NCBI RefSeq assembly: GCF_006345805.1
Contig: NC_043020.1
Location: 8,680,001-8,744,000, forward strand
DNA length: 64,000 nucleotides
From: Octopus sinensis
Taxonomy: Eukaryota
Direction: 5' to 3'
The notes beneath the pieces were generated by a model that searched no databases, had not been told where the DNA came from, and saw only the letters and a program-made list of their open reading frames with translations. This document shows positions 37,650 to 48,707 of this stretch, in pieces. The first letter of the stretch is position 1, and each line of letters starts with the position of its first letter. The position numbers were made by a program, and so were the translations under genes.

Positions 37650-38702
37650 CTGTGAAAATAAAAAAGTAAAAAGTTTAAGAGCATGCAAAGAAATAGTGTT
37701 GCTGATAATGATGTAGGTGGTGACTGTTATGATGTTGACATATGATGGCTGTATGGCAACAGGTTCAATCCTGCTGCTTGTATCTTGGACAAATAGATTC
37801 TACACTAGCATCAGGTTGATCAGTGCCTTGGGAATGAAGTTTGGTAAATGGAAACGATGGAAAAATTCATTATCTAATTCTTCATCATTATCATGGTTTT
37901 TCATGTCCACTCTTCCATACTTGCACGGGCCAAAGAGAGTCTAATGCAGCATATTTTCTATGGCTGGATGTCCAAACCGATGCCAACCCCTTTCTTGTTG
38001 TCAAGTAAATATTCCTCACCATGGCCAAATATGCTTTCCATAAACACAGTGGCACTTGTTGACACCCATCACACACTTTCAAGACAAGGGCACAGCAACA
38101 AACACAAACACATTCATGCGCACATACATACATCTATATCCATATGCAGGTGTGGCTGTGTGGTGAGAAGCTTAACTTCCCAACCACATGGTTCCAGGTT
38201 CAGTCCTACTGTATGGCACCTTAGGCAAGTGTCTTCTTTTGTAGCCTTAGGCCACCAAAACTTTGTGAAACTGAAAGCCTGTCATAAATATGTATGCATG
38301 TACATATGTGTGTGTGTGTGTGTGTGTGTGTGTCTTTGTGTTTGTCAACACTGCTTGACAACCGGTGATGGTGTGTTTACATCCCCATAACTTGGCAGTT
38401 TGTCAAAAGAGGCCGATTGAATAAGTACTAGGCTTCAAAAGTTAATAAGTCCTAGGGCGATTTGTTCAACTAAAACTGTTTAAGGTGGTGCCCCAGCATG
38501 GCTACAGTCAAATGACTAAAACAAGTAAAAAATAAAAGATATACGCACATACTCAAAACGGGCTTCTTACAGTTTTCATGTACCAGATCCACTCACAAAG
38601 CTTTGGTAAGCCCAGGCCTATAGCACAAGATCCTTGCCCAAGATTTCATGCCATGAAGCTGAACTTGTGTGTCAGAATCAGTTTTTCATTTTTCCTATTT
38701 AT

Positions 38703-39072
38703 TCTTTTACTTGTTTCAGTCATTTGACAGCGACCAAGCTGGAGCACTGCCTTTAGTCAGGCAAATCAATCCCAGGACTTATTCTTTGTATGTAAGCCTA
38801 GTACTTATTGTATCGGTCTCTTTTGCTGAACTGCTAAGGCATGAGGACATAAACACACCAGCACTGGTTGTCAAGCGATGTTGGGGGGAAACACACATAA
38901 ATATATATATGATGGGCTTCTTTCAGTTTCCGTCTACCAAATCCACTCACAAGGCTTTGGTCGGCCCGAGGCTATAGTAGAAGACACTTGCCCAAGGTGC
39001 CACGCAGTGGGACTGAATCCGGAATCATGTGGTTGGTAAGCAAGCTACTTACCACACAGCCACTCCTGCACC
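38703..39072 (-). mobile_element. SINE family A
   Basis: Sequence identity to the family. Confidence 0.85.
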
Positions 39073-39129
39073 TATATTTAACATTTATTTAATATTTCAA
39101 CAACAAAGGAATAAAAAAATGTTTCCTAC

Positions 39130-39193
39130 CTCGAGTAACTGGATCTTTTCTTTCACTGTCTGCTCATCACGGATTACAGGGGGTTTTCTCATG
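39130..39193 (-). CDS. PARP2: PARP2-like exon (PARP regulatory domain)
   Basis: gtccag|C...GAG|gtagga; MRKPPVIRDEQTVKEKIQLLE. Confidence 0.92.
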
Positions 39194-39341
39194 CTGGACA
39201 GACATCAACACAACAGAATGAATGAGACAGATGGTTTCCATGGATAAATTCATTTACAACACATCAAATACAAAAGGAGAAAAACATAAATTCCATCTTC
39301 AAAGCAAGACAAGTGCAAGAGTGGAAATTTATTCAATTATA

Positions 39342-39734
39342 TAGGCGCAGGAGTGGCTGTGTGGTAAGTAGCTTGCTAACCAACCACATGGTTCCGGGTT
39401 CAGTCCCACTGCGTGGCACCTTGGGCAAGTGTCTTCTGCTATAGCCCCGGGCCGACCAATGCCTTGTGAGTGGATTTGGTAGACGGAAACTGAAAGAAGC
39501 CTGTCATATATATGTATATATATGTGTATGTGTATGTGTTTGTCCCCCTAGCATTGCTTGAAAACCGATGCTGGTGTGTTTACGTCCCCGTCACTTAGCG
39601 GTTCGGCAAAAGAGACCGATTGAATAAGTACTGGGCTTACAAAGAATAAGTCCCGGGGTCGAGTTGCTCGATTAAAGGCGGTGCTCCAGCATGGCCGCAG
39701 TCAAATGACTGAAACAAGTAAAATTGTAAAGAGT
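39342..39734 (+). mobile_element. SINE family A
   Basis: Full-length copy. Confidence 0.85.
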
Positions 39735-39824
39735 AACTAAGTTGGGAAGAAGGAATGGTAGGTTCTCTGCAGGATAATTGAGAACACTGTCACCAGAGAA
39801 GTGAGAGACATGGTTGGAGACCCC

Positions 39825-39925
39825 AAGAGAAAAAGCGCTTCTGGGATACACTCAAAGCCTCACTGAAGAGCTTTGGGATCAACCACGATATCTGGGAAAT
39901 GCAAGCACAAGACTGTCTACCCTGC
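39825..39925 (+). mobile_element. RTE/BovB-like LINE C-terminal relic
   Basis: Translates KKRFWDTLKASLKSFGINHDIWEMQAQD. Confidence 0.6.
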
Positions 39926-39996
39926 CTGGGTAGTTTAACTGCTATTTCTAGAAGATTGAATAACCACATAAAAGCTTTGAAAAATTCTATACCTAC

Positions 39997-40135
39997 CCAA
40001 AAGTGTGTGGAATTCTTGTGTAAAACTCATCGCACGCTGAAGACAAGCTAGCACCGAAGTTCTTCTTTTCTATACAGGCAGCAATTTTTTTCAAAGCTTG
40101 GTAACCAGCTTGGATCTGTTTCACCGTTAAACGAC
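39997..40135 (-). CDS. PARP2: PARP2-like exon (PARP regulatory domain)
   Basis: ttctag|GT...GG|gtaggt; GRLTVKQIQAGYQALKKIAACIEKKNFGASLSSACDEFYTRIPHTF. Confidence 0.93.
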
Positions 40136-40353
40136 CTAGAAAAGTTTAATTAAACAGACTAATTGTAAAGCTTCACATTCAAAGCAGGGTTTTTATTTAC
40201 TAATTATTCTTTCACAGACAGTTTTATCTTTTAGGTAAATGGTTCTCAACTGGGGTCAATATAAAATTTTAGGGGTTTCACACCAGCAAAATAGTAAATT
40301 GGGTAAACACAGAAGTATATTAAGGGTTCATGAAAATATTTTGTTTTAGATGT

Positions 40354-40575
40354 ACGGGGGGGGGGGGGGGTTGAAAAGTTCCTGGCTTTAAGGATATTGC
40401 AAAAAGCATGGTTGGAGGCCCAACCTTCTGAGTTATTTTACAGGGCTTAAAAAAATTGAAGGACCACTGCAGTAAGCGTGTGAATCTGAGAGGGGAATAT
40501 GTTGAATTGTGTGCAGACCATTCACCGATTGAACAATTGGCTGATTGGACAATAAGTCGACATGTGGAAGTATCG

Positions 40576-40607
<32 letters not shown>

Positions 40608-41143
40608 TGTGTACAGTGCTCAGGTGCACTACAACTCATCTAAAGTGTATATATAATCAGGTGTAGTTTCGGCGGATTTCGGAAAGCATGAGGGCCTTAA
40701 AGGATGCAGTGTCATGGCAGTCAACAACTGACGCAGGCAGTTTGTTCCATGCTTCAGCAACTCTGAGCGTGAAAAAATGTTTCCGAAAGTCATGGGAGCT
40801 GTGTTGTTTTCTGACTTTGTAGGCATGTCCACGTGTGTTAGACACATGGAGATCAAAAAGGTGTTCAGTGTTGTTGTTGGTGAGGTGGTTGATAACTTTG
40901 TGGGCGTTTACCAAGTCCGTCGCCAGATGCCGGAGCTTCATGGAGTTCATCAAAACGGAACAAGGAGGAGGAAAGCTTCTACACAAAGGTACGCCTATAT
41001 TATTGATAGAACCAGCAAATTGTCCACTCGGTCAATTGTCCTGTCTAAGTTGCCTGTCGACCAACTGTCTGTCTACCTTATTGAATAAAATCATAATTAA
41101 TTGATTCTCCTGTATCTTCTTTTACCCAAAGCCAGGAACTTTT
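40354..41143 (+). mobile_element. Mariner-derived MITE interrupted by nested insertions
   Basis: TIR AAAAGTTCCTGGCTTT / AAAGCCAGGAACTTTT; remnant ...VNLRGEYVE of the transposase end. Confidence 0.65.
40577..40945 (-). mobile_element. CR1-like LINE 3' end (inverted relative to the 34755 copy)
   Basis: ORF 40657-40986 contains TRGHAYKVRK...FFTLRVAEAWNKLP; (ATT)n tail. Confidence 0.82.
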
Positions 41144-41755
41144 TAGTGGAAAGCACTCATGGCTAATAAGTGTACATGTTATGTGTGTAGTTTGGGTTCT
41201 AATGGGATGGACAACCAAATGAAAACCATTGTTATTGTTTACGTGTTTATTGCTTTACATGATACACGGACGACGACATTCAGCGTAGTAATACATTATA
41301 TACTTTACACACAGTTGTACTGTTCACTAACAAAATAGTGCCAAGAGTGGGGATGTAGTTTGGCATACACAAACACATAGATATGAATGTGCAACATCTA
41401 CTATTAGAAATTCTTCGAACAGAGAAATATTCAATTCTCTGTCTGAAGAATTTCTAATAGTAGATATCTTACTTGTTTTCTATTGCATGTACAATTTTGT
41501 GATTCCCATAAGCAAATGAAATATGTGTAATTGTGAATGATACCAAAACATTTTCCAATCTCCTGTTATGATATAATTACTCTGTAAGTAATTTTCAACT
41601 GTTATGTGTACCTCACATGAATAAGACATCTACATGTGGAATTGGAATAAGCTGATGTGCTTCAAGAGGACCTTAATTTTAACCCTACCTATGAATACAC
41701 ACACAGACACACACATTTACACAGCAACACAAATACATCAACAACCCTAACTTAC

Positions 41756-41840
41756 CCAGTGGAGCTTTCTGTGCATCGTATTTCATTTCAATGACTGTTT
41801 CTTTCATCGAATCAATGTCAGATATTAACTTTATCAATTT
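41756..41840 (-). CDS. PARP2: PARP2-like exon (PARP regulatory domain)
   Basis: ttgcag|AAA...CTGG|gtaagt; KLIKLISDIDSMKETVIEMKYDAQKAPL. Confidence 0.93.
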
Positions 41841-41846
41841 CTGCAA

Positions 41847-42215
41847 CAGAACATGGATAATGTAGCTTATAGCCAGAACATGGATAAAGTAGCTTATAGA
41901 CAGAACATGGATGAAGTAGCTTATAGCCAGAACACGGATGAAGTAGCTTATAACCAGAACATGGATGAAGTAGCTTATAGCCAGAACATGGATGAAGTAG
42001 CTTATAGCCAGAATATGGATAAAGTAGCTTATAGCCAGAATATGGATAAAGTAGCTTATAGCCAGAACATGGATGAAGTAGCTTATAGCCAGAACATGTA
42101 TAATGTTGCTTATAGACAGAACATGGATAAAGTCGCTTATAGCCAGAACATGGATGAAGTAGCTTATAGCCAGAACATGTATAAAGTAGCTAATAGACAG
42201 AACATGGATAAAGTA
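41847..42215. repeat. 27-bp minisatellite, about 13.5 units
   Basis: Unit CAGAACATGGATGAAGTAGCTTATAGC. Confidence 0.95.
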
Positions 42216-42338
42216 ACATAACACAGTGACAGGACATAGTGTTGCTTATAGTATAAGAGTAGAGAGAACAACATTGTTTGTGGTGAGAGAGAGAGAGAGA
42301 AGGGGAGGGGGGACTTCCAGAAGCAAAGTGAAACTTAC

Positions 42339-42422
42339 TTGCAGAGAGGGTTCAAGTTTGGAGTCAGGAATTTTGCTGACACTTTCTTTCTTCGTCTTAT
42401 TCCCATCAACATCATCTTTTCC
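42339..42422 (-). CDS. PARP2: PARP2-like exon (linker and start of regulatory domain)
   Basis: tgttag|GGA...CAA|gtaagt; GKDDVDGNKTKKESVSKIPDSKLEPSLQ. Confidence 0.88.
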
Positions 42423-42712
42423 CTAACAAAAATAAAAAAAAACACATCATTTATCATGTCTGTCTACTTAATTGCTGCCACCACTACCATCATCATCGTT
42501 GTTGTCTGTCTATTTTCCATGCTAAGCTGGATTGGTCATCATGGACTGAATCAATTCTTCATGGAATCTGCATCTCCCAAAGCCTGGTGCTTAGACATGT
42601 CTAAACACCAGGCTTTGGGAGATGCAGCTTGTTTTATATACACATACATGGTTGAAGATGGAGAAATGGTGTTAAATCACTTGAAGCATTTGAACAGCAT
42701 CAAAACACACAT

Positions 42713-42779
<67 letters not shown>

Positions 42780-44016
42780 TGTTATGACATTGTTCATATA
42801 TACATATATCTATTTCTTTACTACCCACATGCATGGCTCTATGTATGCAAGAATTTTTTATATATGTAAAAATTAGATACAAACGGGTGTGTATATACTG
42901 GAATGCATGTAACATACATGAGTTTTGTATGCGTGTGTATATGTTGATGTGTGTAAATGTCTATATACATGTTTAATAAATGTCTATATACTTGTTTAAG
43001 ATAAGCACCCACTACACTCATCGAGTGGTTGGCGTTAGGAAGGGCATCCAGCCGTAGAAACACTGCCAGATCTGACTGGGCCTGATGAAGCCTTCTGGCT
43101 TCACAGACCCCAGTTGAACCGTCCAACCCATGCTAGCATGGAAAACGGACGCTAAACGATGATGATGATGATGTGTATATATCTTCACACATATCATATA
43201 TATTCTTCTACTACTAAGCACTGACCTGTCCTCTAAGCAACCTAACCTATATTCCCAAATTCTTCATTCCACCTTTTTACTACCCCCCTCTCATGACCAA
43301 CTCATGTCAGTATGACAGACAGACATTTGATAACGGTGATCATAATGAGCACCTGTGTGTGTGTGGGGGGGGGGGGAAGGCATGTGGCCAAGTGGTTAGA
43401 GTCTTGCATCCACAATTGCTGGGTCATGGGTTCAATTTCCAAACTGAGCAGCATGTTATGATTCTGAGCAAAGCAATTCATTTCATGTTCATCCAGTCTC
43501 CTCAGCTGTAAATAGGTCACCCTCGATGGACTGGCATCCCCTCCAGGGGGAATGGTGTTGGCCTGCTCACCTAGTCAGCAGACTGGCATCAGTTTGAAAG
43601 CTAAAGTGATGCAAAATGCATTGTGACCAGTAATGTTTAACATCTGACAGTCTGGTCAATACTGATATACATACATGTGTCTCCTTTTGCTCTGCTTATT
43701 CCATATTCCAATTCTGAAAGAAGTATCTTTGAAACTAGTTCTTTAATATCCAATGGCTATGAGGGGTCCACTAAAATAGAATAATAATCAAAGGAGTCCT
43801 GGCTTAGATGAATATCTTAACAATGCATTGTTTTACAGTTGGATGCCTTCCCTGTCAATAACCTTTACCTTTTTTCAAATTAGGGCTCTCTTATTTTGCC
43901 TTTCTTTAGCGGCACAAAGCCAGTGGGTGATTTGTTAACAGAAGACATAACAATATCACTGTTTGTGGCAAGCAGTTTTTGGAGAAGCACTAGTGTAAAC
44001 CAACACATACACCCAG

Positions 44017-44068
<52 letters not shown>

Positions 44069-44137
44069 GTAACCACATGTGACTTGTTGGCAATTTTTTT
44101 TTCCCCTCTGTCTTCCTTTTCTATTGGACTTCCCTCT

Positions 44138-44169
44138 GTTTCTGAAGAGCTTTGCTCGAAACATTAAAC
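44138..44169 (+). ncRNA. Degenerate hammerhead motif (family H2, inverted sister copy)
   Basis: GTTT-CTGAA-GAGC-TTT-GCTC-GAAA-CA-TT-AAAC; 3-nt core deletion and CpG to CA change relative to 45042-45077. Confidence 0.5.
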
Positions 44170-44767
44170 CACCTTTCTTTCCTTCCTTGAGCGTCTGCTA
44201 ATACTTTGTGTACCATGTCCTCACATTGTATTTTTTTTTGGTTTGTTCTTCGTTTTTTATGATTTAAACATATATGTATGTATGTATATCAGGGCGTGTG
44301 ATGAAAAAGCTTTGATAAAGAAACTAAAATAATAATAATAATGATAAAGCCGAAGACCAAATATATAGTGTGAATTTAATTGGCAAAATATGGCCATCAC
44401 CAAATATAACAATGTCTTTCAAAATTCCTCTTTTGTTATTCACACATAAACTTGTGGAGGGTGAACTGTGTAAAACATTTAAGAAAGAAACTAACCTGTT
44501 TCTTGCAACAGACACATTTAAATCAAAACTTTAAAAGGGACATTTAAAATACTACTGCAGATCCCTTATTTACTATTTTGCTAGTGTGGACCCCCAGGGG
44601 TTATGTGGATCCCAGTTGTGAAAAGCACTAAGTGGGTGCCACAAATAAAGAATGGGAAAACGGATATAAGAACAAATAAGCAGAAACTTTATCTGAACAC
44701 CTGTAATTAATGGCTCAGTGTGATGAGAGGAATCTGAGGCAATCATCAGTTGTTAATTAAAATATAC

Positions 44768-44864
44768 CTGAGTGCTGTAATCCATCTGAATCAGATCATA
44801 TTTTCCTGAGACTTTTTTAAATTTGTGTCGTTCACTCCAATCGTTTTTTGTCTTATCTTGAAAT
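44768..44864 (-). CDS. PARP2: PARP2-like exon (end of WGR domain)
   Basis: ttccag|A...CAG|gtatat; FQDKTKNDWSERHKFKKVSGKYDLIQMDYSTQ; phase 2 to 0. Confidence 0.93.
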
Positions 44865-45041
44865 CTGGAAGGAAAGGAACCAAAATGAGATGCTCGACCG
44901 TGCAGGAACGAATGAAGCACAACAGAAGAAGTACTTAATATAAAATGTGTTATAAAACACGAAGAACAAAAAAAAAAAAAGGCAATGCGAGGACGTGGTG
45001 CACAAAGTATTAGCAGACACTCAAGGAAGGAAAGAAAGGTG

Positions 45042-45077
45042 GTTTAACATTTCGAGCCAAAGCTCTTCTTCAGAAAC
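45042..45077 (-). ncRNA. Minimal type I hammerhead ribozyme motif (family H2)
   Basis: Minus strand GTTT-CTGAAGA-A-GAGC-TTTG-GCTC-GAAA-TG-TT-AAAC; stem I GTTT/AAAC; TG is probably a decayed CpG. Confidence 0.68.
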
Positions 45078-45152
45078 AGAGGGATGACCAATAGAAAAGG
45101 AAGACGGAGGGGAAAAAAAAAATTGCCAACAAGTCACAGTAGTTACATTTAT

Positions 45153-45184
<32 letters not shown>

Positions 45185-45185
<1 letters not shown>

Positions 45186-45583
45186 GGTGCAGGAGTGGCT
45201 GTGTGGTAAGTATCTTGCTAACCAACCACATGGTTTCGGGTTCAGTCCCACTGAGTGGCATCTTGGGCAAGTGTCTTCTGCTATAGCCCCGGGCCGACAA
45301 ATGCCTTGTGAGTGGATTTGGTAGACGGAAACTGAAAGAAGCCTGTCGTATATATGTATATACATATATATGTATGTGTGTGTGTGTTTGTGTGTTTGAC
45401 CCCCTAGCATTGCTTGACAACCGATGCTGGTGTGTTTACGTCCCCGTCACTTAGCGGTTCGGCAAAAGAGAACGATAGAATAAGTACTGGGCTTACAAAG
45501 ATTAAGTCCCAGGGTCGATTTGCTCGACTAAAGGCGGTGCTCCAGCATGGCCGCAGTCAAATGACTGAAACAAGTAAAAGAGT
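45185..45583 (+). mobile_element. SINE family A inserted in (TA)n
   Basis: Full-length copy with (TA)n on both sides. Confidence 0.85.
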
Positions 45584-46022
45584 ATGTATATATATATATA
45601 TATATATATTACACAGGCATGGGTGTATGTGTTGGTTTACACAAGTGCTTCTCCAAAAACTGCTTGCCACAAACAGTGATATTGTCATGTCTTCTGTTAA
45701 CAAATCATCCACTGAATGAACGAATGAAGCACAACAGAAGAAGTACTTAATATAGATGTGTTATAGACGAAAGAACAGCCATGTGGTAAGAAGTTTGTTT
45801 TGCAACCACATGGTTTCTGGTTCAGTCCCACTGTGTGGCACCTCAGGCAAGTGTCTGCTACTACAGACCCAGCATGACCAAGTCCTTGAGTGAATTTGGT
45901 AATGGAGACTAAAAGAAGCCTGTCGCACACAGTTACATGTTGCTGCCATGTATAAAGCACTCAGTACACTCGATAAAGTCGTTGGCATCAGAAAGGGTAT
46001 CCAACCATAGAAAACATGTTAA

Positions 46023-46233
46023 CCCTTTTGTTACTAACCCGGCTCTGGCTCTGAGTACGAATGTCTTGTTTTCATAAGTTTTGAATTAAAATCTTCCACC
46101 AAACCTTAGTCACAATTTATGTTCCTGACATTAGCTTAATGATAACTAAGTAATTTTACTAAATTCTTTGTTATAGTTAAAGTAATTGAAAGAAACACAG
46201 AGCATCTCAAAAATAAATACGCTAACGAAAGGG
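46023..46233. mobile_element. piggyBac-type MITE family 2
   Basis: TTAA|CCCTTTTGTTA...TAACGAAAGGG|TTAA. Confidence 0.82.
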
Positions 46234-47574
46234 TTAAATCAGACAGAACTCATTAAATATTGAAACACCTTTGTGACTTTTGGCCCACCCTGCATAACCA
46301 ATTTATTGATCATAAATTTTAACAACCCTAAAGGGTTAAAGGAAGTGACCCCAAAAGGGGCAATTATTACATAGTAGGAGTCTTCACGAACCTATATTAT
46401 TGTTAGCAGGAGTATTGTTCCATTTGTAGGAATATTCAGAAAGGTGTCAAGAGCAAGTTATGTTAGGAACAGAGAATTCACAAAAGGTGTCGTGCGTTAA
46501 CGATGACCTTGTCGTTAAAGTATTGTACTCAAGGCCACAAGATCATGGGTTCATTTCCCAGATCAGGCAGTCCATTGTGTTCTTAAGTAAATGCAAGGCA
46601 TGAGTGTGGCCGAGCGGTTTGGGTATTTGGCCCACGATCTTAAAATCATTAGTTTGATTCCTGGCAGCACATTGGACCCTTGAGCAAGACACTTTATTTC
46701 ACATTGCTCCATTCTACTCAGCTGGCAAAAATGAGTTGTACATGTATTTCAAAGGATCCAGCCTTGTCACATTTTGAGTCACACTGAATCTCTCTGAGAA
46801 CTACGTTAAGGGATTGCGAGTCTATGGAGTGCTCAGCCATTTGAATGTTAATTTCATGAGCAAGGCTGTTCCGTTGATCAAATCAAATGGAACTCTTGCC
46901 ATCTGTAATTGGCAGAGTGCCAGTTATTTCACATTGCTTCAGACCACTTGACTAGCGAAAATACGAGTTACGCACTGGGGTCGATATAATCGACTTAATA
47001 CCTATGTCTGTCCTTGTTTGTCCCCTCTGTGTTTAGCCCCTTGTGGGTAATAAAGAAATAGGTGGTTTCGGTCTGCATACTTTCACTGTTACCATAGCAA
47101 CAGATCCAATACTTTTTGATCAGACATCATATTCACAAAGGCGTGTCGTCATGTCAGCAAGATTATCCACAAAAAGAATGCTGTTATGCTACTTATTCAG
47201 AAAAGATATTTTCTTCAGAGAGGGGAGTATTCACAATGGTGTGTTGCTATTGTTATGTGTAGTTTGGGTTCTAATGGGATAGACAACCAAATGAAAGCCA
47301 TTGTTATTGTTTACGTGTTTATTTACTATTCACGTTACACGGACTCGACATTCAGCGTAGTAATACATTATATACTTTACACACAGTTTGTACTATTCAC
47401 TAACAAAATAGTGCCAAGAGTGGGGATGCACGTATACACATAGATATGAATGTGTAACAGCTATGTTACCAAATGTAATCCTGACGCTAAATGTTTTCTC
47501 CAAAGGCGGAGTATTCACAAAAGATGTGCGATTAACAGAAGAAGCTGATGTTTGAAGTGTGATGGGTTACTTAC

Positions 47575-47747
47575 TTTTTGGTGAAGACATCGATGGCATA
47601 GTTTAAGTCTAAGGCACAGTCTATAAGATTGGTCTGGCCCTTGTATCCAACACGGCCCCATCGCAGCCACACGTAGTAGTGATGACTGTTGTCTTGTTGC
47701 AAAAGTTGAATCAAATAGAACTTGTTGTTGTTGTTGAGTGCATTGGT
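47575..47747 (-). CDS. PARP2: PARP2-like exon (WGR core)
   Basis: ctgtag|ACC...AA|gtaagt; TNALNNNNKFYLIQLLQQDNSHHYYVWLRWGRVGYKGQTNLIDCALDLNYAIDVFTK. Confidence 0.95.
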
Positions 47748-47808
47748 CTACAGAAAAAAGAGGGATGTATATTGAACTGCATGGATGTATAAGACATATA
47801 CATACATA

Positions 47809-48342
47809 CAAGAGGGAGTCAAAAAGTGATGCCATTTTGTTTAGGACAGGTATAATTACCAACACAGGAACATGTATCACACATCAAAATGAAGCTGGTC
47901 CTCTGTGGATCACATCCCTACTTCTCAACATAGTCACCGTTTCTCTCAAGAGCAATGTTCCAACTTCGAATGAGAGCAAGTATCCCTGCCCCGTAAAATT
48001 CTGTTGACTGTTCTTTGAGCCACTTCACTTCCTCGTCACTGGACTATCATCTCTTCGGCCCCATGAAAGAGGGTTTGAGAGGCAAACACTATTCCAGTGA
48101 TGAGGAAGTGAAAACTGCAGTGAAGAAGTGGCTCAAAGAACAGTTAACAGAATTTTACGGGGCAGGGATACATGCTCTCATTTGAAAGTGGAACATTGCT
48201 ATGGAGAGAAACGGTGACTATGTTGAGAGGTAGGGATGTGATCCACAGAGGACCAGCTTCATTTTGATGCATGATACATGTTCCTGTGTTGGTAATTATA
48301 CCTGTCCTAAACAAAATGGCATTACTTTTTGACTCACCCTCG
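47809..48342. mobile_element. Palindromic mariner-derived element (two right ends)
   Basis: ~220-bp inverted arms, TA flanks; right half encodes DYHLFGPMKEGLRGKHYSSDEEVKTAVKKWLKEQLTEFYGAGIHALI*KWNIAMERNGDYVE, a mariner transposase C-terminus. Confidence 0.88.
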
Positions 48343-48411
48343 TATATTAAATATATATTATTATTATATACAATCACATATACCATACATACATATGCAT
48401 CACCATTCAAA

Positions 48412-48707
48412 TGCACGTAAAAGCACCATCCGTTCGTGTCCGTTGCCAGCCTCGCCTGGTCCCCGTGCCGGTGGCACGTAAAAGCACCATCCGTTTGTGA
48501 CCGTTTGCCAGCTCCGTCTGGCACCTGTGCGGGTGGCACGTAAAGAGCACCCACTACACTCGCAGAGTGGTTGGCGTTAGGAAGGGCATCCAGCCGTAGA
48601 AACATTGCCAGAATAGACTGGGCCTGGTGCAGCCTTCTGGCTTCACAGACCCCAGTTGAACCGTCCAACCCATGCTAGCATGGAAAGCGGATGCTAAATG
48701 ATGATGA
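48412..48707 (+). mobile_element. Repeat family D
   Basis: Sequence identity to the family. Confidence 0.78.

Noticed and set aside
41685-42338. Repeat protein ORFs (ISYFIHVLA)n / (MDEVAYSQN)n, or in-frame intron retention
   Set aside because: These come from a 27-bp minisatellite; the 498-nt intron is a multiple of three but has an in-frame TAA at codon 31.
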